DNA from: a phage
Strand: one strand, 5' to 3'
Sequence record: PQ724394.1
Length of the DNA stretch: 64,000 nt
Below, one piece after another: positions 1 through 10,336 of this stretch. Made by a program: the position numbers and the translations under genes. Each line of letters starts with the position of its first letter. The stretch's first letter is position 1. The notes beneath the pieces were generated by a model. That model was not told where the DNA came from and ran no database searches. It saw only the letters and a list, made by a program, of their open reading frames with translations.

Positions 1-558
1 ATGGTTCGAGGATTGACATTGGCTAATATTTTACCTATGAGCACAGATTTAGGAGACTCCATGGAAGGAGCCTCAATCGATGTTACGTTTACCGCTCAAT
101 TAGAAACAAACGAAACATTAGTTGAAATAAATATAACAGAATATGAGCCAACAGAAGGCATTATTATCGATGGGGCCCGTTTATACGGAACCTATGAATC
201 GGTATTCGGATTTTCTGAAGATGCGTTAAAATATCGATTAGGTGATGAATTTAAAACAGCAGGTTCATGGAAAGATTTACCAGAGGACAAGAGCACTCAA
301 TTATACCTCTGGAAAGCCCCTGGTAATCTTCAGAAGACTTTTTCCTATACTGTCACATTAATCTATGACTTTCAGGAAGAGTCATCAGGAGGTGATACAG
401 GGAGCTCAGGAGGAAGTAATTCTAGAGCCGGTAACGAAACCGACCCTCCTCCAGCACCGGTAAGAAAAACTCTTACTAAGGTTTATACCAAGGTTATAGT
501 GGGTAATTGGAGTCGCTGGGGAGACCAATTAAGAGAATATGTATATGCGAGGCCATAA
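1..558 (+). CDS. hypothetical protein, possibly 5'-truncated by the window edge; lies upstream of the PAAR-like 5.4 gene
   Basis: ORF runs from position 1 to a TAA at 556-558 that overlaps the next ATG (TAATG); Gly/Ser-rich stretch, no family recognised. Confidence 0.4.
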   Translation: MVRGLTLANILPMSTDLGDSMEGASIDVTFTAQLETNETLVEINITEYEPTEGIIIDGARLYGTYESVFGFSEDALKYRLGDEFKTAGSWKDLPEDKSTQLYLWKAPGNLQKTFSYTVTLIYDFQEESSGGDTGSSGGSNSRAGNETDPPPAPVRKTLTKVYTKVIVGNWSRWGDQLREYVYARP

Positions 559-851
559 TGTCGGGCTTAAGTTATAATCAATGCGTAACAGCAGGTCATG
601 AAGCATGGCCTCCTACAGTAATAAATGCCACCCAGGGTAAAGTATTTACAGGCGGCATTCCTGTATTAGTCGATGGGGACCCAATAACTCCTCATACAGA
701 AATTAAAAAACCATATGAAACCCACGGTGGGGTAACCCAACCTAGAACATCAAAGGTATATGTTACAGGCAAAAAGGCTGTCCAAATGGCAGACCCTATT
801 TCGTGCGGAGATACAGTCGCACAAGCCTCATCTAAAGTATTCATAAAATAG
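558..851 (+). CDS. 5.4: PAAR-like baseplate spike tip protein (gp5.4-like), 97 aa
   Basis: Internal ATG at 558 with GAGG upstream; 97 aa matches T4 gp5.4 size; sits directly before gene 6; ORF-track start at 507 judged an upstream extension. Confidence 0.65.
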   Translation: MSGLSYNQCVTAGHEAWPPTVINATQGKVFTGGIPVLVDGDPITPHTEIKKPYETHGGVTQPRTSKVYVTGKKAVQMADPISCGDTVAQASSKVFIK

Positions 852-859
852 GAATTAAA

Positions 860-2818
860 ATGGCTACTCCTACGAATTACCAATTAACAAGAACCGTTAA
901 CGCTATCCCAAAAGTATTTGTGGGAGCTACGTTTGAAGAAATTAAAAAGAATATTATCGATTGGCTTTCCAGCCAGGAAGAATTTAAGGATTATGATTTC
1001 GTTGGTTCTCGAATGAATATCCTTATTGATATGCTTGCTTATAATACTCTTTATATACAGCAATTTGCTAACACAGCTTTATACGAGTCTTTTATAGGAA
1101 CGGCAAACCTTCGTTCTTCGGTTGTCCAGGCTGCACAAGATAACGGATACCTTCCTAGTTCCAAATCTGCGGCAAAAACAAGTATTATGTTGACCTGTAC
1201 TCAGGCCCTGAATGAAAAGAATATTCGTATCCCACGTGGTACTAAATTCTTGGCCTATGCTCGTGATACTTCGGCAGACCCATATGCTTTTGTTACCACG
1301 GAAAACGTTATTGCCGTACGTGATGTTAATAACCAATATCTCCCTATTGTATCTTTAGCACAAGGTCGTATTATTCGTACCGAACTTAAGTATGACCCTA
1401 AAACTCCTATTCTTATTCGTGACCCGGATATTGATAGACAAGAAGTTAAACTTTATGTCGATGGTGCAGAATGGACTAACTGGACTAATAAATCCATGGT
1501 TCATGCTGGTAGTACATCAACCATTTACTATATGCGTGAAACCGTAGATGGTAATACTGAATTCTTCTTTGGTGAAGGCGTTGCCGAAAAATCAGTTGCG
1601 GGTGGTGTATTAGAAGCTAATTATATTGGTGGTTTAAAACCTGTTAAAGATGCTACAATTGTTATAGAATATCTTCGTACCGATGGTGAAGTTGCTAACG
1701 GCGCAGTGGACTTTAGTTATGCGGATTCTTTGGCATATATTACGGTTGAAAAAATTACAGAAAACTATGATGGGAATCCGGATTATGTAGGTGCTGATGG
1801 TGGCGGTGACCCTGAAGATATCGAACGTATTCGTGAACTAGCTGTAGTTAAACGCGAAGCCCAGATGCGTGCCGTAACTGGTACAGATTATGATACATTC
1901 GTTTCAGAGCGATTTGGTTCTATTGTACAAGCAGTACAAACCTTTACGGACCCAAATAAACCAGGTTACGCCTTTGTTACTATTAAACCTAAATCAGGAT
2001 TGTATTTGACTGCGGTTCAACGTGAAGATATCCAGAATTATCTTTCAGAATTTAACTTGGCGCCTATTACTCCTTCGGTTATTTCTCCGGACTACTTGTT
2101 CTTAAAGCATAAAATTAAGGTTTCATATGCACTGAACAAATTACAGGAATCCGAACAATGGCTAACGGCTCAAATCCTTTCCCAAATAGACCGTTATTAT
2201 ATTAACGAAGTTGAAATATTCAACCACGGATTTGCCAAGTCTAAAATGCTGACTTATATTGATAATGCAGACCACAGTATCCTTGGCTCTTCGGCTACGG
2301 TAACAATGGTTCGCGAGGTATTAAACTTCTTCAAAACACCTGAAGCAGGTATTAAATACTATAATCAATACACCAACCGTTCTGTAACTTCTAGTGAATT
2401 TGAGTTCGTCCCAACAAACGTATCGGATGATATTAAATCTTATAACGTACGTATTGTTGCCACAGATAAAGACGAACGAGGCGATGGTAAAATGGTTATA
2501 GGTCCTTTCCGTCCAGGTGATGTAATTGAAAACCAATACATCCAACCTTACACCGGAGATGACTTCGATAAAATGGCAGCTCCTGCAGACCAATCGGTCT
2601 ACTATGTTATTGGCGAAATTGATTATTACTCAGACTTTATTTTCTGGGATATCGCCGCGATAGGCCTTACTTCCGACCGTTTTGAAGTCCAGTCTATTGA
2701 ACTTTATGCAGGACCAGACCAAGACAACATCTTTACCAAAGACGGTTCTTTAATCGTATTTGAAGATGACCTTCGTCCTCAGTACACAACTATAGAGTTG
2801 GAACCAATTACAATATAA
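860..2818 (+). CDS. 6: baseplate wedge protein gp6
   Basis: 652 aa (T4 gp6 about 660 aa); position between 5.4 and 7. Confidence 0.85.
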   Translation: MATPTNYQLTRTVNAIPKVFVGATFEEIKKNIIDWLSSQEEFKDYDFVGSRMNILIDMLAYNTLYIQQFANTALYESFIGTANLRSSVVQAAQDNGYLPSSKSAAKTSIMLTCTQALNEKNIRIPRGTKFLAYARDTSADPYAFVTTENVIAVRDVNNQYLPIVSLAQGRIIRTELKYDPKTPILIRDPDIDRQEVKLYVDGAEWTNWTNKSMVHAGSTSTIYYMRETVDGNTEFFFGEGVAEKSVAGGVLEANYIGGLKPVKDATIVIEYLRTDGEVANGAVDFSYADSLAYITVEKITENYDGNPDYVGADGGGDPEDIERIRELAVVKREAQMRAVTGTDYDTFVSERFGSIVQAVQTFTDPNKPGYAFVTIKPKSGLYLTAVQREDIQNYLSEFNLAPITPSVISPDYLFLKHKIKVSYALNKLQESEQWLTAQILSQIDRYYINEVEIFNHGFAKSKMLTYIDNADHSILGSSATVTMVREVLNFFKTPEAGIKYYNQYTNRSVTSSEFEFVPTNVSDDIKSYNVRIVATDKDERGDGKMVIGPFRPGDVIENQYIQPYTGDDFDKMAAPADQSVYYVIGEIDYYSDFIFWDIAAIGLTSDRFEVQSIELYAGPDQDNIFTKDGSLIVFEDDLRPQYTTIELEPITI

Positions 2819-2832
2819 GCCTCTTCGGAGGT
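2819..2832 (+). other. short UUCG-tetraloop hairpin between genes 6 and 7
   Basis: gcctc-ttcg-gaggt immediately after the gene 6 stop and before the gene 7 AAGGAG ribosome-binding site. Confidence 0.35.
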
Positions 2833-2845
2833 TTAAGGAGATTTA

Positions 2846-5800
2846 ATGTCTGTACAAGCGCCTTATGTTACTAGTCTGAGAATTGATAAGCTCTCGGCTA
2901 ACCATGTGAGCATTCTTTGGGATGACGTAGGCGCCAACTTCTATTATTTCGTAGAACTGGCCCAAACGAAGGATGCGGGTGTAGAAATTCCCGACGATAG
3001 ATTATTTTGGAGAAATTTAGGTTACACCCCTAATAACGAATGGTTTGAAGAGGCATTCATTTCTCCTAATTCATTTTATAAAATGCGAGTTGCGGTAGCT
3101 GCTCAGGGGTTTGAGCAGTCTGAGTGGGTTTACACTGAAGAATTTGAAACTTTCTCTACCAACGCATATACATTTGAGCATATGCGTGAATTCACATTGT
3201 CTAATAAATTTATTGAAGAAAAATTCACAAAAAATAATCAGAATTATGTGAACTTTAATACTGACGCCATTATGGCTTCCTTAATGACGGAAGATTTTAA
3301 CTTTACGCCGGCGTATTCGCATTTGTCATCTATATCAAATTATGTTTTAAAAGCCGACCGATTCCATGAAATCCAAGGAAGCATTCAAGCAGTTTGTAAA
3401 GACCCTAAACGTTCTATTTTAATGGAACTTGGTGGAGTTCTGTATCTTTTAGAAAGATTCCAAAGCACTGCTAAAGTTTCTAATGATAAAGGACAAAACT
3501 GGCACTATATTAGATTGTTTAACGATAGAGTGGGTAATCCGGTATCTAGAACGGCCCATTACCAAACAGAAACTACTACATACGTACTAGGTTATGACCA
3601 AATATTTTACGGGCGTAAATCAAGTGATATTAGATGGTCTGCTGATGACGTTCGCTTTAGTTCTCAGGATGTAACATTTGCTAAAATCGGTAGTGATATC
3701 GACCTTCCGTTTGAAATAGAAATATTTGGGTCATATGCAAAACTCCCATTGCCTATTTCCACTATCGCCGAAGCTATGTGTGCTTCCGACGATTTCATTT
3801 ATGTTGCGGGTAGAGACAGAGTTTATAAAGCAAAAACATCTGAGGCCCCTATAGACACTGACCCTAGCTCACCAACTTATGGCGAGAAGATATTTGAAAG
3901 CGGATATTCAACTATCACAGGGAACCCTAAAGCTGTTTGTTATAAATTAGATTCTATCCAAGGGCATACGTTTGCTTTAATTACAGGCGAAGTTAAAGAA
4001 GAAAAAATGGACCCTACAGTAGAGGCTAACGTAATTGATTCTGAATCTAAAGGTGTCTATTGGTTGGATGTAGAAACAGATACTTGGACTCGTGTATTCG
4101 GAAATACTGAAGAAGAACGTCGTCGTATAGAGCATGGATATACTAGCATGTCTACAGATGGCGAAGAGTTATTTTTCAGTTCAAGCAACTTTAGATATGA
4201 AGTGGAGGTTGATTCTGAACTTCCTTGGAAATATCCTGAAATTGTTACTTCGGCTGTTAAATACGTTAAAGACGAACAGTGGATTCATAATAAGCATTAT
4301 TTGATGATGAGCTTTAGGTCTAACTCTAAATCAGATTTTAAAGAATTTAAACCAGGTCGTATGGCTTATTATGCTGAACCATTCTTCAGTTGGTCACGTC
4401 GTGATGGAACCCGTTCTTGGATTACTACAGGTGACCATGCGATGGTTGTTTATAACGATGCTTTGTATCAGAAAGTAATCGACCTTAATAGTGGTTCATC
4501 GCCAGAACGTATTGTTCATGAGATTTGGAATAAAGGATTTTGCAAAGTTACATCCCCTAATATCGAATTTAATGGCTTTAAAAAATATTCCTCTGGTATG
4601 ATGATTCACAAATCTACAGGTGAATTAGTTGGTTATTTTGAATTCGACTATCGTGTGCGTGATGAAGTCCGTGTTATTTGGAAGCCTAAAGAAATTATGT
4701 TTACGGCAGAGCTCCAAAACCAAGAGCATGAAATTCCATGGGCCCCTAAAGAAGAGACCGGCGAACAAGACCCCGATTTGAAACCATTATTAGTCAAAAT
4801 GGTTCCCGATAGTTATTTACTCCAAGATTCCAATTTTGAAAAATTCTGCGAATATTATCTACAGTTTATTAGTGATGGTTCCGGCACTCATTATAATAAT
4901 TTGTTAAACCTTATTCGTAATCAGTATCCTCGTGAAGAAGACTCATGGGAATACCTATGGTCTGAAATTTATAAACGTAATATCTATTTGTCAAAAGAAA
5001 AACGCGACGAAGTTGTTAGATTTTTCCAAGCTCGTCAGTCTGATTTTTGGTCAACTAAAGGTACTGAAGCTTCATATAAATTCCTGTTTAAATTGCTTTA
5101 TAATGAAGATGTCGAAATTGATATCGAGTCCAAGAACTCTATCGAATATGATATCATCGTAGAATCCGACAATATCAGTGAAGATATCGTAGGCCAAACG
5201 ATTTATACTCCTACAGGAAGAAGTAATGTTACTTATATAGAACGAAATTACAAAGACGGTAAATTGCAATGGCGTTTAACCATTCACAATCTTTTAGGTC
5301 GTTTTATAGTCGGTCAGGAAATCAAATCTGAACGTACTTCATTTAAGGGTATGATTGTTCAAGGTGTTCGCGGCAAAGAGCTTTTGAGTAACAATATAGA
5401 TTATATCAACCGTAACCGTTCTTACTATGTGATGACTATTAAGTCTAATCTCCCGACCTCTCGTTATCGCAACGACGTTTTGAGATTTGTTCACCCGGTA
5501 GGTTTCGGCTTTATAGGTATAACTTTGCTTTCTATGTTTGTTAACGTTGGTTTAACACTAAAACATACAGAAACCATTATTAATATCCTTAAGAACTATA
5601 AATGGGACTCAGGTTTGCCATCTGAATGGTATGATAGAGTTGCTGTAATAGGTTTTGATGGTAATATAGAACGAGACCCTCGTACAGGTGCTCCGATGTA
5701 CAACGTTGGACCTAAAGCGGGTGAACCATTTGATATTCCTGCTGATTATGATGCAGAAAATGATTTCTCTGTATTCCAAGGTCAATTACCACACGAACGT

Positions 5801-5941
5801 ATTAAAAAGCATAGTCCATTGTTTGACCAAAGTGCTGTGACTTTTGCCAATTGGCGTGCACTGGTTGATAAGCGTCTTAAAGACGATATTGGAAATCCTA
5901 GAGACCCTAAAGTTCCAACTCAGGTAAAAATTAATGATTAA
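2846..5941 (+). CDS. 7: baseplate wedge protein gp7
   Basis: 1031 aa (T4 gp7 1032 aa); strong AAGGAG ribosome-binding site; synteny. Confidence 0.85.
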   Translation: MSVQAPYVTSLRIDKLSANHVSILWDDVGANFYYFVELAQTKDAGVEIPDDRLFWRNLGYTPNNEWFEEAFISPNSFYKMRVAVAAQGFEQSEWVYTEEFETFSTNAYTFEHMREFTLSNKFIEEKFTKNNQNYVNFNTDAIMASLMTEDFNFTPAYSHLSSISNYVLKADRFHEIQGSIQAVCKDPKRSILMELGGVLYLLERFQSTAKVSNDKGQNWHYIRLFNDRVGNPVSRTAHYQTETTTYVLGYDQIFYGRKSSDIRWSADDVRFSSQDVTFAKIGSDIDLPFEIEIFGSYAKLPLPISTIAEAMCASDDFIYVAGRDRVYKAKTSEAPIDTDPSSPTYGEKIFESGYSTITGNPKAVCYKLDSIQGHTFALITGEVKEEKMDPTVEANVIDSESKGVYWLDVETDTWTRVFGNTEEERRRIEHGYTSMSTDGEELFFSSSNFRYEVEVDSELPWKYPEIVTSAVKYVKDEQWIHNKHYLMMSFRSNSKSDFKEFKPGRMAYYAEPFFSWSRRDGTRSWITTGDHAMVVYNDALYQKVIDLNSGSSPERIVHEIWNKGFCKVTSPNIEFNGFKKYSSGMMIHKSTGELVGYFEFDYRVRDEVRVIWKPKEIMFTAELQNQEHEIPWAPKEETGEQDPDLKPLLVKMVPDSYLLQDSNFEKFCEYYLQFISDGSGTHYNNLLNLIRNQYPREEDSWEYLWSEIYKRNIYLSKEKRDEVVRFFQARQSDFWSTKGTEASYKFLFKLLYNEDVEIDIESKNSIEYDIIVESDNISEDIVGQTIYTPTGRSNVTYIERNYKDGKLQWRLTIHNLLGRFIVGQEIKSERTSFKGMIVQGVRGKELLSNNIDYINRNRSYYVMTIKSNLPTSRYRNDVLRFVHPVGFGFIGITLLSMFVNVGLTLKHTETIINILKNYKWDSGLPSEWYDRVAVIGFDGNIERDPRTGAPMYNVGPKAGEPFDIPADYDAENDFSVFQGQLPHERIKKHSPLFDQSAVTFANWRALVDKRLKDDIGNPRDPKVPTQVKIND

Positions 5942-6938
5942 TTCTACAGTAGTTTATCGTTCTATTGTTACTTCAAAATTTAGAACGGAAAAAATGTACA
6001 ACTTTTACAGAACAATAGGTGACGGTGAAGACCAGAACACTATGTATGTATCTTTCGGAAGGGCCCGACCGTGGGCCGATAACGAAAATGACCCTGGTTT
6101 TGCACCACCCTATCCTGTAGATGATTCTGAAGGCGTAGAAGACGTCTGGACCAACATGATGGGTTGTGTTAAGGTTTATAAGAGTATGCTGGATTGTGTT
6201 GTCCCACGCAAAGACTGGGGTGACACAACTTATCCTAACCCATTTACTTTCCAGATAGGTGAAATTGTAGTAGCGAATAGCCAACCACAAAACCGTACTG
6301 ATGTAGGTGCTGGGTGGATGGTTTATCGTTGTGTAGATATTCCTGAATCAGGTACATGTTCTATTTTGTCCCTTGATAATAAAACCGAGTGTATTAAACT
6401 TGGTGGCAAATGGACTTCAAATGTGCAATCGGTTAAAGCCCCGGCAGGACAAGGTGATACGGAAGGTATGGTGGATACTGGTGATGGATATCTCTGGGAA
6501 TATTTGTATGAGATTCCACCTGATGTAAGTATTAACCGATGTACTAATGAATATATTGTAGTTCCATGGCCAGAAGAAATTGCTGAGGACCCTGAACGTT
6601 GGGGATACGAGAATAACCTCACTTGGCAACAAGACGATTATGGATTAATTTACCGTATTAAAGCCAATACTATTCGCTTTAAAGCATTCTTAGATTCGGT
6701 TTATTTCCCTGAATTTAGTTTGCCCGGCAATAAAGGTTTTAGACAGCTTTCGATAATTTCTAACCCGTTAGAAGCTAAAGCCCACCCATCCGATCCGATC
6801 ATTAAAGCCGAAAAAGAGTACTATGATGTTATAGACCTCTCCCGCCACTCCGGTGAAATGATTTATATGGAAAACCGTCCTCCGGTTATTCGTTCCATGG
6901 ACCAAACAGAAGAAATTAACATTGTCTTCGAATTCTAA
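5934..6938 (+). CDS. 8: baseplate wedge protein gp8
   Basis: 334 aa, same as T4 gp8; N-terminus resembles T4 gp8 (IVTSKFRTEKM, GFAPPYP); start overlaps gene 7 end. Confidence 0.85.
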   Translation: MINSTVVYRSIVTSKFRTEKMYNFYRTIGDGEDQNTMYVSFGRARPWADNENDPGFAPPYPVDDSEGVEDVWTNMMGCVKVYKSMLDCVVPRKDWGDTTYPNPFTFQIGEIVVANSQPQNRTDVGAGWMVYRCVDIPESGTCSILSLDNKTECIKLGGKWTSNVQSVKAPAGQGDTEGMVDTGDGYLWEYLYEIPPDVSINRCTNEYIVVPWPEEIAEDPERWGYENNLTWQQDDYGLIYRIKANTIRFKAFLDSVYFPEFSLPGNKGFRQLSIISNPLEAKAHPSDPIIKAEKEYYDVIDLSRHSGEMIYMENRPPVIRSMDQTEEINIVFEF

Positions 6939-6941
6939 TAA

Positions 6942-6963
6942 GGGCCGCAAGGCCCTTTCGGGT
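6942..6963 (+). terminator. intrinsic terminator-like hairpin after gene 8
   Basis: gggcc-gcaa-ggccc stem-loop followed by tttcgggttt. Confidence 0.55.
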
Positions 6964-6999
6964 TTAATAAATACAGTATATCAATAATGAGGCATACCT

Positions 7000-7860
7000 A
7001 TGATTAAGCAAACTGGTAAAGAACTAATTGACGTCGGTGAAATTGGTAATGCCAGCACCGGCGACATTCTTTATGACGGCGGTGTTAAACTGAACACTGA
7101 CTTAAACAACATCTATAATACTTTCGGCGACCAACGTAAAACTGCTTTAACCGGTGAATTGACCGGCCAGAAATTACACGCTACAGGTTATTATCAAAAA
7201 TTTGGTGATATGGACCAAGCAAGCTCGGTTGATTTAGGCTCTTTGGTGGATATCGATGCTTCTAGCGGTTCTATCGTATTAACCACTGTAAAGGGTGCAG
7301 TTGGTGAAGGAATTGAGATTATCAACTCTAACGGAAGTATTTCATCTACCAACTATCTTGAAATCCGTATATTAGATACTTTTGCAAGTCATCCTACTTC
7401 AACCCTACGTATTGTAACACCTTATACCCGAGTTCTTTTATGGTGTGTATCGGATACAAACGGTGTTGCGGTATGGGATTATTCAATTGAAAGCATGTTT
7501 GGTGATAAACGAGTTCCATTAAATAAGACATATAATATATCTTCTGTCGCTCGTGATATTCCGGTGGTTTATTCAGGTCAGTATTCATTGGTCAAACTTT
7601 TAGTTACTGCAGTGAATGCCAACGAAACCATTTACAAAGCTTCAGAATATCTTGTGTTTATCGATAACCAAGCTAAAAAGATTTATTCCACTGAATACGC
7701 AGTTATTAAACGTGGACAAACTTCAGATGATGACGAAATTTATTCTCTAGATTTTAAATTCGATACATCAAACTATATTATCGCGACCGCTTCTTCTGTC
7801 AATCCTATGAGGCTTGCAATTAAGGTCGTAGAAACCCAAACTATTGGAGTTCCAGTATAA
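7000..7860 (+). CDS. 9: baseplate wedge / long tail fibre attachment protein gp9
   Basis: 286 aa (T4 gp9 288 aa); synteny; AGG ribosome-binding site. Confidence 0.8.
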   Translation: MIKQTGKELIDVGEIGNASTGDILYDGGVKLNTDLNNIYNTFGDQRKTALTGELTGQKLHATGYYQKFGDMDQASSVDLGSLVDIDASSGSIVLTTVKGAVGEGIEIINSNGSISSTNYLEIRILDTFASHPTSTLRIVTPYTRVLLWCVSDTNGVAVWDYSIESMFGDKRVPLNKTYNISSVARDIPVVYSGQYSLVKLLVTAVNANETIYKASEYLVFIDNQAKKIYSTEYAVIKRGQTSDDDEIYSLDFKFDTSNYIIATASSVNPMRLAIKVVETQTIGVPV

Positions 7861-9671
7861 TGAAACAAGACTTAAAAGTAGGTTCCGCTGTTGATGACGG
7901 GTCCGGTGATTACCTGCGCGCAGGTGGTCTTAAAATTAATAACAACTTCAATGAGCTTTATTACCAATTAGGCGACGGCAATAACCCACATGCCGCAGGC
8001 GCTTGGAAACAACATTCTACTGAAGACGGTGCTTTGTTGAATGCCGTAATGGGTCATAGCTACACCCTTAATACCCAGGGTGGGCGTATTAACGTCCAGC
8101 TTCCTAAAGGCTCTCCTGAAGAATATAACTTTGTTATCCGTGTACGTGACGTGTATTCTTCATGGCAAGCTAACCCAGTAACCTTAATCCCTGCCACAGG
8201 TGATACCATTAAAGGTTCAGCTACTCCAGTTGAAATTGCTCGCAACTTCTCTGACCTTGAATTAGTTTATTGTGCACCTGGTCGTTGGGAATATGTTGAA
8301 AATAAGCAAGTAAACCGTATTCCAAATAACGACCTTGCTACCGTAGCAACTAAGCAGTTTATTGCTACTGAAGGTCAAACAGATTTTCTAGATGTTTTCC
8401 CTGGCCTTTCTTATAACGTAGCAAGTTTAAGCGTTTCACAACGTGGTAACAATTTGTTCTATGGTGTTGATGATATTTTTGATGCAGCTACCGCAGAGTT
8501 TGGTTCTCCAGGTGCTCAACCGGGTGAATTGGTTGCCTTGAATGGTAAGGACATCCGTTTAAAATATCCATGCGAAGCAGGTGATACTGTTATTATCAAA
8601 TCGTATAATGACGGACTTGCCCAATGGCGCAGTTCTTATAACCGCCGTGATATAACAATCAAAAGTTCAGAATTGACTAAAGACGTTTCTGTTCCTGGTT
8701 CTTCTTTCGTGGGCGATTTGAGTACTTCACATGTTATATCAGCAGCTGATTTGAATATTTCCGTTAACAGTCCTATCAACCCAAATGCTTGCCAAGTCAT
8801 GCTTAATAGCACATTACTTCATCAAGCTGGTACTGCTGGTCTTCCTTCGTTTTATTGTGAAGGTGCCGACGGACGTACTGCTACCGAGTGTTTTAATGCA
8901 GGTGGACAATGGACCCAATCTAAATCAGATTATATTTTTAATTTGACCGCTGAAGATAAGATTGAATCCATCGAATTTGGACGTGACTTTGAACATGGTG
9001 ATATTCTTACGGTAATTTGGTACAATAACGATATCGGTACCACCATGGAAATTGATGAGATTTTGGATTATACCAACAACATCTATATTTCTAAAGGCCC
9101 TTCTATTGATATATCAGGCCAGGTTCGTATAACTGATGTAGATAATCCTTTTGCACCTAACGTTGAACCTGTCGCCCCATCTAATATTACAATAGATACG
9201 GCATCGACATTTTTTGATTTAATTTACCCTGTAGGAACCATCTATGAGAACACGGTGAACCCTAATAACCCTAAAACTTATATGGGCTTTGGTTCATGGA
9301 AGCGTTTATCTGATGTGTTCTTGGTAGGTTGGTCTCCTGACGCTAGTTCTTTGTTTAATGCAAATAATAACGACCTGGATTCAGCGGGTGTTCCACAATC
9401 AACTGCAGGTGGGACTGGTGGTGCTCATGTGGCTAATTTGAAATATGAGAATATCCCAGAACTTAATACAGATGATAAAGTCCTTATTGCTGATAATGAT
9501 GGCCCTATTTTTGTAGGTGGATGTTTAGTTGACCCTGATTCACAAGGACCGGCTTATACAAAATATCGTGAAGATAAAGCCAGTATTAATAAGGCTCAAG
9601 GGACCACTCCTATCCCGGTTAATACTCTACCACCATACTTAACTGTTCATCGCTGGATGAGGATTGCATAA
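7860..9671 (+). CDS. 10: baseplate wedge / short tail fibre attachment protein gp10
   Basis: 603 aa (T4 gp10 602 aa); TAATG overlap with gene 9 stop. Confidence 0.8.
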   Translation: MKQDLKVGSAVDDGSGDYLRAGGLKINNNFNELYYQLGDGNNPHAAGAWKQHSTEDGALLNAVMGHSYTLNTQGGRINVQLPKGSPEEYNFVIRVRDVYSSWQANPVTLIPATGDTIKGSATPVEIARNFSDLELVYCAPGRWEYVENKQVNRIPNNDLATVATKQFIATEGQTDFLDVFPGLSYNVASLSVSQRGNNLFYGVDDIFDAATAEFGSPGAQPGELVALNGKDIRLKYPCEAGDTVIIKSYNDGLAQWRSSYNRRDITIKSSELTKDVSVPGSSFVGDLSTSHVISAADLNISVNSPINPNACQVMLNSTLLHQAGTAGLPSFYCEGADGRTATECFNAGGQWTQSKSDYIFNLTAEDKIESIEFGRDFEHGDILTVIWYNNDIGTTMEIDEILDYTNNIYISKGPSIDISGQVRITDVDNPFAPNVEPVAPSNITIDTASTFFDLIYPVGTIYENTVNPNNPKTYMGFGSWKRLSDVFLVGWSPDASSLFNANNNDLDSAGVPQSTAGGTGGAHVANLKYENIPELNTDDKVLIADNDGPIFVGGCLVDPDSQGPAYTKYREDKASINKAQGTTPIPVNTLPPYLTVHRWMRIA

Positions 9672-10336
9672 TGACTTTAACTGAAATGAAAAGCGGGTTA
9701 AAATCCCGCTTAGCTGACTATTTGGAATTATCTTACACCAGTGACAAGCCTACTGCTGTTGCTGACCAACGACCTATCGGTGGCCCTTCTGCAAACCAAA
9801 CCCAGAAGGGTGTTTATTTTCCTACAGTCCAAAGTGCAATAGATGATATTGCATTTAGAACAGAGCTTCCTGTGAACTCTGTTATTATTACCACAGAAAA
9901 CAGAGCACCCGGATTTATCCAACAATCTGATAAAATTACATTTACCGGTTCTATTTCTTCAGGCGGCGAACTTGGCGACCCGGTTATTATTAAAGTGTTT
10001 GGACTTCCTGTAGAAGTCTTAGTTGGTGATTCATCTGTATTGGTTGCATCTAAAGTAAATGAGGTATTTTTAGACGCCATTGCTAATAGCTATATTTTAG
10101 CCGAAACATCTATTGACGCCTTAGACCAATCTACCTTGAATATTAAATACAATGACTATCAGAATCATATTTTTTCACCATATAAACAATCGGGTTGTAC
10201 AATTTCCCATACTATAGTCCAGCAGCCAAGGGCCGGATATGGTAAGTGGGAATACTTAGGTAACTCTACCCAATCGTTAGCAGGTGGTACAGTTAACGGC
10301 ACGATTCCTTTATATTACTATAAGAGATTATATTAA
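9671..10336 (+). CDS. 11: baseplate wedge protein gp11
   Basis: 221 aa (T4 gp11 219 aa); start overlaps gene 10 stop. Confidence 0.8.
   Translation: MTLTEMKSGLKSRLADYLELSYTSDKPTAVADQRPIGGPSANQTQKGVYFPTVQSAIDDIAFRTELPVNSVIITTENRAPGFIQQSDKITFTGSISSGGELGDPVIIKVFGLPVEVLVGDSSVLVASKVNEVFLDAIANSYILAETSIDALDQSTLNIKYNDYQNHIFSPYKQSGCTISHTIVQQPRAGYGKWEYLGNSTQSLAGGTVNGTIPLYYYKRLY

Noticed and set aside
507-557. N-terminal 17-codon extension of the 5.4 ORF in the ORF track
   Set aside because: The ATG at 558 overlaps the upstream stop (TAATG) and gives the expected 97-aa PAAR-like protein; the extension overlaps the preceding gene.
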